Shown: positions 31,417 to 42,887, counted from the first letter of the stretch. The stretch is DNA of 64,000 nucleotides from an uncultured Planctomycetaceae bacterium (GCA_963785305.1 CAWAUV010000008.1:1280001-1344000); one strand, 5' to 3'. Notes: generated from the sequence alone by a model not told the origin. Numbers and translations: made by a program.

Positions 31417-32566
31417 TCAGTCGCGAAGCGCCTCGGTGAGCGATTGGCCGAGTTTCGTGACGCGCATCGTCGCGGTGTTGGCCAGCACCACCACGCCGAC
31501 GCGTCGCGCGGGCAGGATCGCCAGCCAAGCGTGGTAGCCGCCGGTCATGCCGTTGTGAAACCGCATCTCTCCCATGCGGGTTATGTGCCAGCCGAGCCCC
31601 ATCGCCGGGCCGGTGGCGAACTCCCGTCGCCGCTCTGCCGCCAAACGCAGCGCGGCGGTCAAGGCGCGTCGCTCGGGGGTTTCGGGTAGCTTCTCGTCGT
31701 TGGGCGATGGCGCGAGTGCCTCGATGTTGGCCTCGGCGAACAGCAGCATGTCATGGGCTGTCGAGCGAATGCCGCCCGCGCCCTCGAAGAGTGTGAGGTC
31801 CCAGTTGCGCCGCGGCCGTAAATCCTCGCCATGGGGCGGCGCCAAGCGACGGGCCCGCGCTTCATCCAGTCGGATCATGGTGTCGCGCATGGCGAGCGGA
31901 CCGGTAATGCGGGCCGCGAGCATTTGATCGTAGGTCGCGCCGGCGCGCTGCGAGAGCGCCTGGCTTAGGATCGCCGCGCCGAGGTTCGAGTATTCACGCT
32001 CGCCCGGCGACTCGGCGCAGTTGGTGCTCGGCGAGAAACGCCTTCAACTGTTCGAGCGTGTAATCGGCATAAGGATTCGTCGGATCGGCGGGGCGCATGT
32101 TGTTCGGCATGCGCGGTAGGCCGGAAGAGTGCGTGGCGAGCATTTCGAGCGTGATCGGCGGCCCATCGGCGGCGAATGGCTTGAGCTCCGGAAAAAAATC
32201 CCGCAGCGGCTCGTCGAGCTTCACGAGCCCGCGCTCGACCATGTCGGCCAGCAGCACACCGGTGAAGACCTTGCTGATCGAACCGATCTCGTACTCGGTG
32301 TCTTGGCCGGGAACCGTGCCCGAGTCCTTGACGGTCTCGCCGTAGCCGAGAATTTGTGTCTGTCCCTCTTTGAGCACTCCCACGGTAAAGCCCACGGCCA
32401 CATGATCGGCGATGGCTTGCCGCGCGAGCGGATCGACGACCGGCCTGACGTCGAGCGCGTCGGCTTGCGCGAGCCCGGGCGCGATCGCGAATAGAGCCCA
32501 CGCCACGATCGCCAACAGCGGCGCGATCGCCTCTCCGCGATATAAACCACTAGCGCGATCCATCAT
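31417..32566 (-). CDS. serine hydrolase, beta-lactamase class C-like; frameshift near 32005
   Basis: SxxK in GSISKVFT, LATHSSGLP, YSN, GAGGIRST, HNGMTGGY. Confidence 0.88.
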
Positions 32567-33692
32567 CGGTGTGTTCCTCCGAGCCGCGAGGCAAATGGCG
32601 GCGCAAGTAAAGCAAGTCGCCCGAGCGCATCGCGCTGACACCCCCGGGAAGCGTGCGACCGAGGTTCGAGTTCGTGAGTTGGGTTCGAGGCGTTTGGGCC
32701 AGCGCGGCCAACGAATCCCAAGCGTCGAACCCCATCGACTGCATCGGCCAAGCCCGGCGTTTCCAGAGCGCAACAAATACCTCGCGCGAGATGCCGATCC
32801 ACGTCTTCGAGCCGCCGACAATCGACGCACGTTTCATCGCCACGGGTTTTCACATCGGCGCTCGGTCCATTAGGCGACGGCGCGTCGCCTGGAATCATGT
32901 CGCGCGGCATCGTGTCGAGCAGGCGTTCGGCTTCGCGGTCGAGGCACTGCTGGGCATCTCCGGCCAATCGGCCGAGCCGCGCCAGCGCCGCCGACCACAT
33001 CGGAATTGAATTCCCGCGCGAGCAGCGGCAACAACACGCCGCGAATCCGCGCCCGCGTCTGATCGAGATCGTCGTTCGTGCGGTCGATGCGAAACGATTG
33101 CCCGAGCGCTTCGAGGTATGCGGTGATCCGCGATCGCGAGATCGTTAATAACGGGCGCAGCAACGTCACGGCTGGCGAGAGCAGGCGAGCCCGCGGCATG
33201 CCAGCCAGCCCGGCGAGACCGGTTCCGCGAACAATATGGTGCAATATGGTCTCGGCCTGATCGTCGGCCGTGTGGGCCGTCGCGAGATAGCGGGCGCCTT
33301 GCTCCTCGGCCACGCGCCGCAAAAAACGATAGCGAGCCGCCCGGGCCGCGGCCTCGATGCCGTCGGGCGCGACGGCGAGCTCGCCGGCTTGCACCGGCCC
33401 ACTTCGCACACGAGTCCGAGCGAGCTGGCCAAGTCGACGACGAACCGCGCATCGGCATCGGATTCGGCGTCGCGCAGGCCGTGGTTGAAATGAGCCACGG
33501 TCAATTTCGCGTCGGGCGTCGGCGGAATCGATCGAGCCCTCGCAACAGGGCCACGCTATCGGCGCCGCCCGACACCGCGACCACGATCCGCGCCCGGCGT
33601 CGGTCGGCTCCGGGCCAAGCCGCTTCGATCGCTTCTTCAAAGCCGGGTCGGGTCGGACTGGCGAGTTGCCGGGCGGTGGAGTCGATGGACAT
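32550..33692 (-). CDS. tilS: tRNA(Ile)-lysidine synthase (several frameshifts)
   Basis: VAVSGGADSVALL, AHFNHGLR, EAAARAARY, AHTADDQAETIL, RPLL spread over consecutive frames. Confidence 0.9.
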
Positions 33693-33742
33693 GTGCGGCG
33701 AGGGCTTGGGAGATGTCTCGAATATCGCCAAAAAATGCTCGG

Positions 33743-33770
33743 TTGCAGTTCGCTGCCACTGTGATACGAT
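33743..33770 (+). promoter_or_regulatory. putative sigma70 promoter, divergent from tilS
   Basis: TTGCAG, 16 nt, TACGAT, 7 nt before the start of a long hairpin. Confidence 0.45.
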
Positions 33771-33777
33771 GCTGTTT

Positions 33778-33899
33778 GGCGCTGGATCGAGACCGGCATT
33801 GCCGCCGCGACCGGAGCCTCGGGCACTTCCCGGCCCAGCATTGGGGCGGGCAGTTTCCGCGGCGTTCGGCGAGCGGCAAGACAAATCTCGGCCAGAGCC
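33778..33899 (+). ncRNA. candidate rod-like structured RNA (possible 6S/SsrS-like)
   Basis: Nested pairing GGCGCTGG/CCAGAGCC, TCGAGA/TCTCGG, TTGCCGC/GCGGCAA, CCCGGCCCA/TGGGGCGGG; upstream of rny-ymdB. Confidence 0.45.
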
Positions 33900-34750
33900 C
33901 GTGATTTATCGTATCGTAAATTCATCCATCGAAACACCGGAACGACATTTTCGAGCGTCGTCGCAAATCGGCCCAGAGAGAGGGCGTTTGCCGGCGGATG
34001 GCTTATGGCGACTCAAGGCTGACCGCCGCGCGGGCGACCGCGCCGCGGGTTGACGGCGTGGGTCGTTTTGACCTGAGCGTGTTTGCTGATCGACCTGAAC
34101 AGATTGCGTTCGCGCCGGGGAGCGTCTCCGGCAGTCCTTTGCATCGGAGTCCGTGGCACAAAATGTTCTTGCTTGTCGTCTTGCGATTTTTGTTCGGCCA
34201 AGGCTTCGCGCGGCGCTCCGGCTGCGTCGAAGTGGCGTTTGGTCGTCGAAATCGGCTGGGCACGCCATCGGCCAGCAAGCGACAGACAGGGTTGCCCGGC
34301 ATGATCCGCCATTGGCTGGGGCGATTGCTGCCTTGGGCGATGTCGTATCATGATCGTGTCGCATTCATCGGCCAAACCGGGGAACATCGCGGATCGATCC
34401 TCGGGGCGTGCGTCTGCCGCCTCGCGGGGCCGGGCCGCTGCTGGGCGCTTGCGCCGGCGGCGGCGATCCGGCATGTTCGCCGAGACCGATCCGACACGGA
34501 CTGCCCGGTTCTGGCTCGCCGCGCCGCGCGGCCGCAATCCTTGGCTCGATCGCGGCCCTTGGGCATAAGCGACTTCCTTTCGGCGAGATCTTCCTCCGAG
34601 GCCCTTGGTTTCTTGCCTTCCCGTGGCGAGCGACTTTCACGAGCATTGATGCGCCCGCCACCGGCGCCGCGAACCGCTCGGCGGCGATGCTTGCCGGCTG
34701 ATCCGGCGCGGCGAAACCGCTTTGCATGGCCTCTTGGGGAGAAAACAACC

Positions 34751-36311
34751 GTGTCACCGGGTGAAGTGCTGGCCGTGATTGCCGCGGCCGTTTTGGCGGC
34801 GGTTCTGACGTTCGTTATTCTGAAAACGATCGACCGCCTGCGTCGCAAGGACGCCGAAAGCGAGGCGCGCGAGATCGTCGCTCGCGCCGAGCGCGATTGC
34901 CACGGCGCGGCTCCGTGAAACCGAGCTGCAAATCAAGGAAATGGCCATCCAGCAAAAGGCCGAGGGCGAAAAGGAATTCAGCCGCCTGCGCCACGAATTG
35001 CACGAACGCGACCGCGCGCTCGACAAACGCCACGATTCGCTCGAGCAGCAGCAAGAACAGCTCCGCCGCCAGGAGCGCATGGTCGAGACCAACCAGCGCA
35101 AATTGGCCGAACGGCTCGAGGAAACCAATCGCCGCAACGAAGAGCTCGCCGGACTCGTCGAATCGCAACGCGCCGTGTTGCACAAGCTCAGCGGCCTCTC
35201 GCGCGAGGAAGCCACCCGGCGCCTGCTCGAACGACTCGACGCCGACCTGACGCACGAAGCCGGCGCCCTGATTATCAAACACGAACGCAAGCTGGCCGAA
35301 ACCTGCGAATCCAAGGCCCGCGAGACGCTCCTCACCGCGATTCAGCGATACGCCGCCGCCCACACCGCCGAGACGACGACCAGCACGGTTGATATTCCCA
35401 ACGACGAAATGAAGGGCCGAATCATCGGCCGCGAGGGGCGAAATATCCGCGCTTTCGAGAAAGCGACCGGCGTCGATGTGATCATCGACGACACGCCGGG
35501 CGTGGTCATCGTGAGCGGCTTCGACACGGTCCGCCGCGAGATCGCCCGCGCGGCGCTCGCCAAGCTCATCACCGATGGCCGCATCCACCCGGCCAGAATC
35601 GAGGAACTGGTCGTCGAGACCCAGAACGAGATGGAGCAAAACATTCAAAAGCACGGCGAGGAAGCCGCGCAAGAAGCCGATGTGCCCGGCCTGCATCCGA
35701 AGATCATCCACCTCCTGGGCCGCCTGCGATTTCGCACCAGCTATAGTCAAAATGTGCTCCGGCATTCGATCGAAGTCGCGTTTCTCAGCGGCATGATCGC
35801 CGAGGAGATCGGGCTCGATGGGAATCTGGCCCGCCGCTGCGGACTGCTGCACGATATCGGCAAGGCCGCCGACCACGAAGCCGAGGGAGGCCACCCCAAG
35901 ATCGGCGCCGAGCTCGTCAAGCGCCACGGCGAGGGGCCCGAGGTGGTGCATGCCGCGCTCGGCCACCACGACGATATTCGCGTCGATCATCCCTACACGG
36001 TGATCGTCGCCGCCGCCGACGCGATCAGCGCCAGCCGGCCGGGAGCGCGGCGCGAGAGCCTCGAACGCTACATCAAACGCATGGAAGACCTCGAAGCGAT
36101 CGCCACCGGGTTCGCCGGAGTCGACCTGGCGTTTGCCATTCAAGCCGGCCGCGAACTGCGAGTCATCGCCAGCGCCAAGAACACGACCGACGAATCGGCC
36201 GCCAAGATCGGGTTCGATATCGCCCGCGCTTGCGAAGCCCAATTGACCTATCCCGGCGAGATCAAAGTCACGGTGCTGCGCGAAGCGCGGTTCACGGAAG
36301 TGGCCAAATGA
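34751..36311 (+). CDS. rny: ribonuclease Y (frameshift near 34900)
   Basis: N-terminal TM, coiled coil, [37 protein letters not shown]. Confidence 0.95.
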
Positions 36312-36341
36312 TCGCGTCGATTTTTTAGCGAGAGGTTTCGG

Positions 36342-37232
36342 GTGCGAATCCTGCTTATCGGCGACATCGTGGGAAAGCCCGGTCGAGTGATCGTGGTCCG
36401 CGCGCTCGCGCGCCTGATCGAGACCCACGGAATCGATCTGGTGGTGGCCAATGGCGAAAACTCGGCCGCCGGCTCCGGCATCACGCCCGCGATCTACCAA
36501 GAGCTGATCGCCGCCGGCGTCGACTGTATCACGCTTGGCGACCATATCTATCGCCGCGGCGAGATTATTCCGTTGCTGCGCGAGCGGGAGAATATCGTGC
36601 GGCCCGCGAATTTTCCCGCCACGGCGCCCGGCCGCCAATGGGCCGTGGTCACCGCCCGCAACGGTCAACAGGTTGCCGTGCTGAGCCTCTTGGGCCGAGT
36701 ATTCATGCGGCCGGTCGATTGCCCCTGGACGGCCGCCGATCGCGTGCTCGCCGAATTGCCGGCCGAGGTCAAAGTGATTCTCGTCGACTTCCATGCCGAG
36801 GCCACGAGCGACAAACAGCTCATGGGCCGCTATCTCGATGGCCGCGTGAGCGCCGTGTTGGGCACGCATACCCATGTGCCCACGGCCGATCAGCAGGTGT
36901 TGCCCCAGGGCACGGCGTTTCAGTGCGATGTCGGCATGACCGGCCCCCACGACAGCATTCTCGGCCGCCAGGTCGACCGGGTGCTCGAAGCCACGCTGCA
37001 TTTCACGCCCACGCATTTCGACGTGGCCACGGGCGATGTGCGAATCCATGGAACCTTGGTCGATGTCGACCCGGCGACCGGCCGCGCCAAAGCGGTCGAG
37101 CGGCTGATGGTCACGCAGGCCGAGGTCGATGCGTATCCGCGCGCCGCGGCCCAGGCGTCGCCGGCGGGCCAATCTTCGCCCGCGGGCCAAACGTCGCAAG
37201 CGGGTTTGGCCAAGCATCCGGCTGCTTCTTGA
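36342..37232 (+). CDS. ymdB: YmdB-like metallophosphoesterase (TIGR00282)
   Basis: IGDIVGKPG, NGENSAAG, DFHAEATSDK, GTHTHVPTAD, DVGMTGP; follows rny. Confidence 0.92.
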   Translation: MRILLIGDIVGKPGRVIVVRALARLIETHGIDLVVANGENSAAGSGITPAIYQELIAAGVDCITLGDHIYRRGEIIPLLRERENIVRPANFPATAPGRQWAVVTARNGQQVAVLSLLGRVFMRPVDCPWTAADRVLAELPAEVKVILVDFHAEATSDKQLMGRYLDGRVSAVLGTHTHVPTADQQVLPQGTAFQCDVGMTGPHDSILGRQVDRVLEATLHFTPTHFDVATGDVRIHGTLVDVDPATGRAKAVERLMVTQAEVDAYPRAAAQASPAGQSSPAGQTSQAGLAKHPAAS

Positions 37233-37272
37233 AGCGACGAACCGTTTTCTTTCGTCCTCGGTTCATTCCGCC

Positions 37273-37949
37273 ATGCCCGCGCCCGCCCTGAATGTGCTCC
37301 ACGAAGACAACCACTTGCTTGTGGTCAACAAGCCGGCCGAGTTGCCCACGATCGGCGTGGCGCCCGACGAGCCGAGTCTCGTGAAGCTCGCCAAGAGCTA
37401 TATCAAAGATCGCTATCAAAAGCCCGGCAATGTTTATCTGGGCGTGATGAGTCGGCTCGACGCGGCAGTGTCGGGCGTGGTGGTGCTGGCCCGCACCAGC
37501 AAAGCGGCGGCCCGGCTCACCGAGCAGTTCGCGCAGCGCGAGGTCGAAAAAATCTATTGGGCGATCGTCGCCGGCGCCATGCGGCCGCCGGAAGGCGAAT
37601 GCGTCGACTGGCTGGTGAAAGACGACCGCTTGGCGCGCATGGTGGTTGTGCCCGCCGCGCGCCGGGAGCGACCGAGGCGCGGCTCGCCTATCGCGTCGTG
37701 AAGCAGCTCGCGGTCGGAAGTCTGCTCGAAGTCAACTTGCACACGGGCCGCAAGCATCAGATTCGCGTGCAACTCGCGGCCCGCAGGCGGCCGGTGCTAG
37801 GCGATCGGAAATACGGGGCCAACCGAGCAAGCTGGTCGATCTGGCGCGGTCCCGGCATCGCCCTCCACGCCCGAAGGCTTGCTTTCCGCCACCCGGTGCA
37901 AGACACCTGGGTGCAAATCGAAGCCCCACCGCCAAGCTCCTGGCCTTAA
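37273..37949 (+). CDS. RluA family pseudouridine synthase (frameshift near 37660)
   Basis: VVNKPA, SRLDAAVSG, TGRKHQIRVQLA, GDRKYG, LHARRL. Confidence 0.9.
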
Positions 37950-38098
37950 CAGCCTGTTGACAAATGCCATCGCGGCATTTTTCAACCTCGCCAAGCGCCG
38001 AGCAAAGCTCGTCGCGGCTCGCAAAATAACGACTTACGTCGTTGTTTTGACACCGCATCCATGCGGCGGCGCAGCCTGTTGCATATTTCAACAGGCTG
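37950..38098. mobile_element. MITE, 149 bp
   Basis: TIR CAGCCTGTTGA...TCAACAGGCTG; related copy at 41439-41643. Confidence 0.7.
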
Positions 38099-38132
38099 CC
38101 AAGCTCGCATTCGCCGAGATAGAATGTGCATT

Positions 38133-38430
38133 ATGAATAAAGGCAGCCCACGGATCAAAGGTAATTTGGAAATTGCATTTCGCGATGCGATGATATTCAT
38201 TGGCGGCGATCGGGATGGCCTTCGGTCATTCGCGGATCTCTTGATTTGGTTATCAAATGTCGACCACGACGATCTCGAAAGCATGCCGATTGGCGAACGC
38301 TGCCATGTGCATCTTCACGCGAATGAGTCGATACAATCGTTCAATTCACTGACCGCATTCTCCACGGAAACCGAAGTCTGAAGGCTAGACGCAAAAGGCA
38401 CGGGCGAGTTTCCAGAAAGGTACATGAATC
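38133..38430 (+). pseudogene. Imm32-like immunity protein with an in-frame TGA at 38379
   Basis: IGGDRDGLRSFADLL...GERCHVHL resembles Imm32; frame continues *RLDAKGTGEFPERY; end uncertain. Confidence 0.5.
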
Positions 38431-38609
38431 AGCCAAAGGCCAACATGGTGTGCGCGAGGAGAGGGCGCGGCGGAAAGGGCAATACCAAGAACGTTCAACC
38501 GCATTCAAATGCGAAACGAAAACCGCGCGGCGCAAGACGCGCCGGTCCCGGGGTAGAAAGGGCGAGTAGCCCGTTCATAAAACGGTCTTGGCGAGGGTCG
38601 ACGGGGCTT

Positions 38610-38755
38610 GCAGCGTCGCCTCGTCGAGCGGCACGCCGAGAAACGTCCGAAGACTCAGTCTGTCGCTGCGCCGCCAGGCGATGCCGCGCTGGCTGTCGAT
38701 ATCCTCGAAGTAGCCGACGAGCAGCATCCGAAAATAGATGCCCGGCGCGATCCAA
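38610..38755 (-). pseudogene. IS1182/IS5-type (DUF772) transposase fragment
   Basis: IAPGIYFRMLLVGYFEDIDSQRGIAWRRSDRLSLRTFLGVPLDEAT. Confidence 0.7.
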
Positions 38756-39027
38756 CCGAAGAAGGAAGCGTTTCCAGACAGTCACCTATTTGCGGCCCGT
38801 CGTGTTGAAAACCTGCTTTGGTTCCGGCGGAGAACAGAAGAGGAGTATTCCAACACGACGACACGAAGCACACGACGTAAGCAAGCAGCCGACAAACGGC
38901 ACCCCAGTCCGCCCTCGGCGTTTCATTCCTCCAGCTTTCGTCGTGCCGTCGTGGTAAAAGCTGCCTTGGCTGCGATGAAGGCAGCGCCGCAAATAGGTGG
39001 CTGTCTGAAAACCCGGAAAACCCGACA

Positions 39028-39248
39028 CCGCGATTGGGCGCGTCAAGTCAACCATCCGCAATCCGATGCGGAGTTGGTGGCCGTGCGCAATGCCCTCCGC
39101 GGGGGAAGTCCGTTCGGCGCTCCGGACTGTCAGTCGTCCACGGCCCGCCGGCTCGGCCTTGAGTCGTCCCTCCATCCCCGCGGCCGACCCTTAAAGCACC
39201 CAAACCCAAAATAACGATCTGCGTCCCCTTTGTTTCTCCCCTTTGTTT
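39028..39248 (+). pseudogene. RAYT/Y1 transposase C-terminal remnant plus REP-like tail
   Basis: DWARQVNHPQSDAEL...GSPFG...ARRLGLESSLHPRGRP; followed by TCCCCTTTGTTT twice. Confidence 0.65.
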
Positions 39249-39553
39249 TTCGCGAGTTTAACCACACTATCTCCCTCCGCGCCCTCCGCGTCTCCGCGTG
39301 AGAATCTCATGCATGGCCCGAGGAACCGGCGATAGGATCCACGGCGCCCGCATTCCGCCGCTCGCGGAAATGTTGCATCCACGCGCGAAAATCGTTCAGA
39401 TGTTCCGGGAAGCGGACCGCGACTTGATCCGGCCACTTTTTTCCTCCGACATAATCGATGATATGATCGGTGATTCACGGCGGAGCGAAGAACCGCTCGC
39501 TCGTCAGATTCCTGATCGCGGACCGAATACGCCCGTTCATTGAGGGATGCATC

Positions 39554-41278
39554 GTGATTAGCACCCAAGCGTCGAAAGCGGCCGTCTTCTCGCTGTTATG
39601 CTTGGCGATTGCGGCAGCCTGTCATGCGGCGGATTCCGCGCCGCCACCGCCAGCGAAAATTTCCGCCAAGCGGCCGAATATCGTGTTTTGTTTCGCCGAC
39701 GATTGGGGGCGGTATGCGGGCATCTACGCGACGATCGACGACCGGCCTTCGATCAATCAGGTGCTCAAGACGCCGCGCATCGATCAGGTCGCTCGCGAAG
39801 GGGTGCTGTTTCGCAACGCTTTCGTCACGGCGCCAAGCTGCACTCCCTGCCGCAGTTCGCTGCTCTCGGGCCAATATTTCTTCCGCACCGGCGGCGGGGC
39901 GATCTTGGTCGGGGCCCAGTGGGATTCGACCGTGCCCACCTATCCGCTGATGCTTCGCGACGCCGGATACCATATCGGCAAGAGCTACAAAGTGTGGTCA
40001 CCCGGCACGCCGGCCGACGCGCCCTATGGCGGTCAGAAATACGCCTATGAAAAGGCGGGCCGCGATTTCAACATGCACTACGACCGCCGGGTGCTGGAGC
40101 GTGTCAAGAATGGCATGTCGCTCGACGCGGCGAAAGTGGAGTCGCTCGAGCAGGTGCGAAAAAACTTCGACGCCTTTCTCGCCGACCGCAATCCCGGCCA
40201 GCCGTTCTGCTACTGGTTCGGCCCCACGCTCACGCACCGGCCCTACACCAGCGGCTCCGGCAAGGAGCTCTGGGGGCTCGACCCGGAATCGGTGCGGGGA
40301 AAGCTGCCGAAATTCATGCCCGACGTGCCGGAAGTCCGCGACGATTTTCTGGACTACATGGGCCAGGTCATGGCCTTGGACTCCGCCGTGGGCGCCATCG
40401 TCGATCGGCTGCGGGAAGCGGGCGAACTGGACAATACGATCCTCGTCCTTAGCGGCGATCATGGCATGCCCGGCGTTCCTGGCGGAAAATGTAATCTCTA
40501 TGACTTCGGCGTGGCGGTTCCACTGATTGTGCGCGGACCCGGCATCAAGGCGGGGCGCGTGGTCGACGATTTCGTGAATCTCATGGACCTGGCGCCAACC
40601 TTTCTCGACGCCGCCGGATTGACGCCGCCGACCGCGATGACGGGCCGCAGCTTCATGGATGTGCTGCATTCCGACAAGGCGGGCCAAGTCGATCCCCAGC
40701 GCGATTGGGTGGTGACCGGTCGCGAACGCCATCATCATTTGGCCCAGCCCGGAGCTTTGCCTTATCCGCAGCGGGCACTGCGCACCAAGAATTTTCTTTA
40801 TGTGCGTAATTTCGCGCCCGACCGCTGGCCGATGGGCGACCCGAAGTTCACCGGCCCGAGTGACATGCCGACCTTCGACGCGCTCGCGAAAACGACCGAA
40901 GTCGTGTTTGCCGACATGGACGCCAGCCCGACGAAAGCTTGGCTTGTGCGTGAGTGGGGCGTCGACACATGGAAGTGGCATTACGATTATGCGTTTGGCA
41001 AGCGACCGGCCGAGGAGTTGTACGACCTGCGGAAAGACCCCGACCAGACGGATAACCGCGCCGACGACCCAGCGTATGCGAAAGAGCGGAAAGAATTGTC
41101 GGAGCGTCTGATGCAGATATTGAAGGACGCCCAGGACCCACGCGTGACGGAGAATCCGGTCCCGTTCGAGAGTCCGCCGTTTTATGGTCGCCCGGTCGAG
41201 GCGAACACGAAACCGGTCGAGGCGACTCCGCCCGAGATGAAACCGGCGGAGAAGACGCCGGGCGCCGGAATTCAGTGA
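39554..41278 (+). CDS. secreted sulfatase
   Basis: Signal peptide, PNIVFCFADD, CTPCR formylglycine motif, GDHG, EELYDLRKDP. Confidence 0.93.
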   Translation: MISTQASKAAVFSLLCLAIAAACHAADSAPPPPAKISAKRPNIVFCFADDWGRYAGIYATIDDRPSINQVLKTPRIDQVAREGVLFRNAFVTAPSCTPCRSSLLSGQYFFRTGGGAILVGAQWDSTVPTYPLMLRDAGYHIGKSYKVWSPGTPADAPYGGQKYAYEKAGRDFNMHYDRRVLERVKNGMSLDAAKVESLEQVRKNFDAFLADRNPGQPFCYWFGPTLTHRPYTSGSGKELWGLDPESVRGKLPKFMPDVPEVRDDFLDYMGQVMALDSAVGAIVDRLREAGELDNTILVLSGDHGMPGVPGGKCNLYDFGVAVPLIVRGPGIKAGRVVDDFVNLMDLAPTFLDAAGLTPPTAMTGRSFMDVLHSDKAGQVDPQRDWVVTGRERHHHLAQPGALPYPQRALRTKNFLYVRNFAPDRWPMGDPKFTGPSDMPTFDALAKTTEVVFADMDASPTKAWLVREWGVDTWKWHYDYAFGKRPAEELYDLRKDPDQTDNRADDPAYAKERKELSERLMQILKDAQDPRVTENPVPFESPPFYGRPVEANTKPVEATPPEMKPAEKTPGAGIQ

Positions 41279-41438
41279 CTCGCCTGCCGGCGCATCACCA
41301 CCTTTTCCGGACACGATCCGGTGAAAGAACGCTGGTCGCTGCCCAGCAAGAGAAATGTTTTCACCACAAAGCAAGAAAAGACATGAAGCGGAAAGGCGGA
41401 AGTAAAAGCAGCCGCCTTGTGGCCGCCGCTGGTTTGTA

Positions 41439-41643
41439 AACCTCGCCAAGCGCGGAGCAAAGCTCGTCGCGGCTCGCGAAAGAACGCTTTACAGCCTATC
41501 CGAGAACCGCGGCGAGCTCCTCGCCTCCCCTCACCCTACCCTCTCCCGAAGGGAGAGGGGGAGTTGCCGGATAGGTTCTTAAGGTTGCTCTTTTGACACC
41601 GCATTTATGCGGCGGCGGCGCCTGTCGAATTTTCAACAGGTTG
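41439..41643. mobile_element. partial copy of the 37950 MITE with a second mini-element inserted at 41491-41579
   Basis: Shares AACCTCGCCAAGCG..GAGCAAAGCTCGTCGCGGCTCGC and TTTTGACACCGCAT...TCAACAGG; the insert has CCTATCCG/CGGATAGG ends and a CCCTCTCCC-GAA-GGGAGAGGG hairpin. Confidence 0.65.
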
Positions 41644-41729
41644 CTAAAATGAACAGATCGATCAGCAGTGGTCGATTCCCGTCACGCCAAATCCGGCGAA
41701 ACTTTGGGCGACTAGATGCGAGGCGCGCC

Positions 41730-42887
41730 ATGATCGTCGTCTACGCGGGTGTGGCAATCTCCTTGGGGGCAATGCTGCTCTTCCTGAAACTGTCGAAGAG
41801 CCGCGAGGGATTGCTTAAAGCCACGGTCCTCTCGCTCGCGGGGGCGATTCTGGCGTTCGGGATATGTTCCCCCGCGCTATTTCTCCAGATGGCCGGCGCT
41901 TTTGTCGCCTCGATCATTTGCCTGCCATTTCAGTTGAAACGGCCGATCGTGGTCGCGTTGATGATTATCCCGCCGCTCGCGGTGAACGGCTTATTCCTCT
42001 GGTCCTCGTTCGCCAGAATCACCGAGCTCAACGGACTTCGCCAAGAGTTTCCGCTGGAATCCCTGGCGTCTCGGCTCGCATATGAACACAGGAGCGCCCC
42101 CTTGGTTGCCGAGCCGCCGACGCCTCGACTGTCCGATGCGGCCGAAAGCGGACTCGCCCAATTCGAACAACGCAACACGCCGAACATGCGACGCTACATG
42201 CTCGAATCGCTCCACGAACGAACTCAAGATGAATTCGTGATTGCCCAGGGGTTTGGGCCTGTCCGCATGGACGCCGTGCCACGTGAATATGTCGCCTTGC
42301 CAGACACGGCCCCCATCGCGGTCGAGGCGGGTTCACCCACCCTGGGTTCGACGCAATCCGATCCGGGCGCCACCGAATCACTCGGTTCGCCCTCCCGCAT
42401 GTCGGCGCCCAGTAAAGAGACATTGGCCCCGCTGCACTTCGCCGGGCTCGAAGACTTATTTAACCAAGACCGGATGGGGTATGTCCGGGAGATCGATCAC
42501 GTCGCTGGTTTCCAATCCCATCGGTTCACGAAAGCGCCCGGAACGGCAATCGAACCTTGGCGGCGTTCTTGGAAAATCAACCGCTTGGAACTGATCGGCC
42601 TTTTGCGTTACGACGCGCCAAAAGCCTACATGTCCGACAATCTTCCCCGCTTCGACGAGCTTGCGAATGCCAGTGCGAGAGACCTCGACGATTTCGAGGC
42701 GGCGGCGATCGAGCGCCTGCGGACCGAGGAAAATATCGTGATCGATGAGACTCCTGATCGCGTGCGCATGGTGGGCTCGATCCGAGCGGCGACGGATTGC
42801 CTGAAATGCCATGAGGTCCGCAGAGGCGAACTTCTCGGCGCACTGACTTACGAGCTTGTGCCGATTAGGCCGAGCGTCGTGTATTGA
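41730..42887 (+). CDS. membrane protein with C-terminal CxxCH (DUF3365/Tll0287-like)
   Basis: N-terminal TM helices; RMVGSIRAATDCLKCHEVRRGELLGALTY. Confidence 0.65.
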   Translation: MIVVYAGVAISLGAMLLFLKLSKSREGLLKATVLSLAGAILAFGICSPALFLQMAGAFVASIICLPFQLKRPIVVALMIIPPLAVNGLFLWSSFARITELNGLRQEFPLESLASRLAYEHRSAPLVAEPPTPRLSDAAESGLAQFEQRNTPNMRRYMLESLHERTQDEFVIAQGFGPVRMDAVPREYVALPDTAPIAVEAGSPTLGSTQSDPGATESLGSPSRMSAPSKETLAPLHFAGLEDLFNQDRMGYVREIDHVAGFQSHRFTKAPGTAIEPWRRSWKINRLELIGLLRYDAPKAYMSDNLPRFDELANASARDLDDFEAAAIERLRTEENIVIDETPDRVRMVGSIRAATDCLKCHEVRRGELLGALTYELVPIRPSVVY

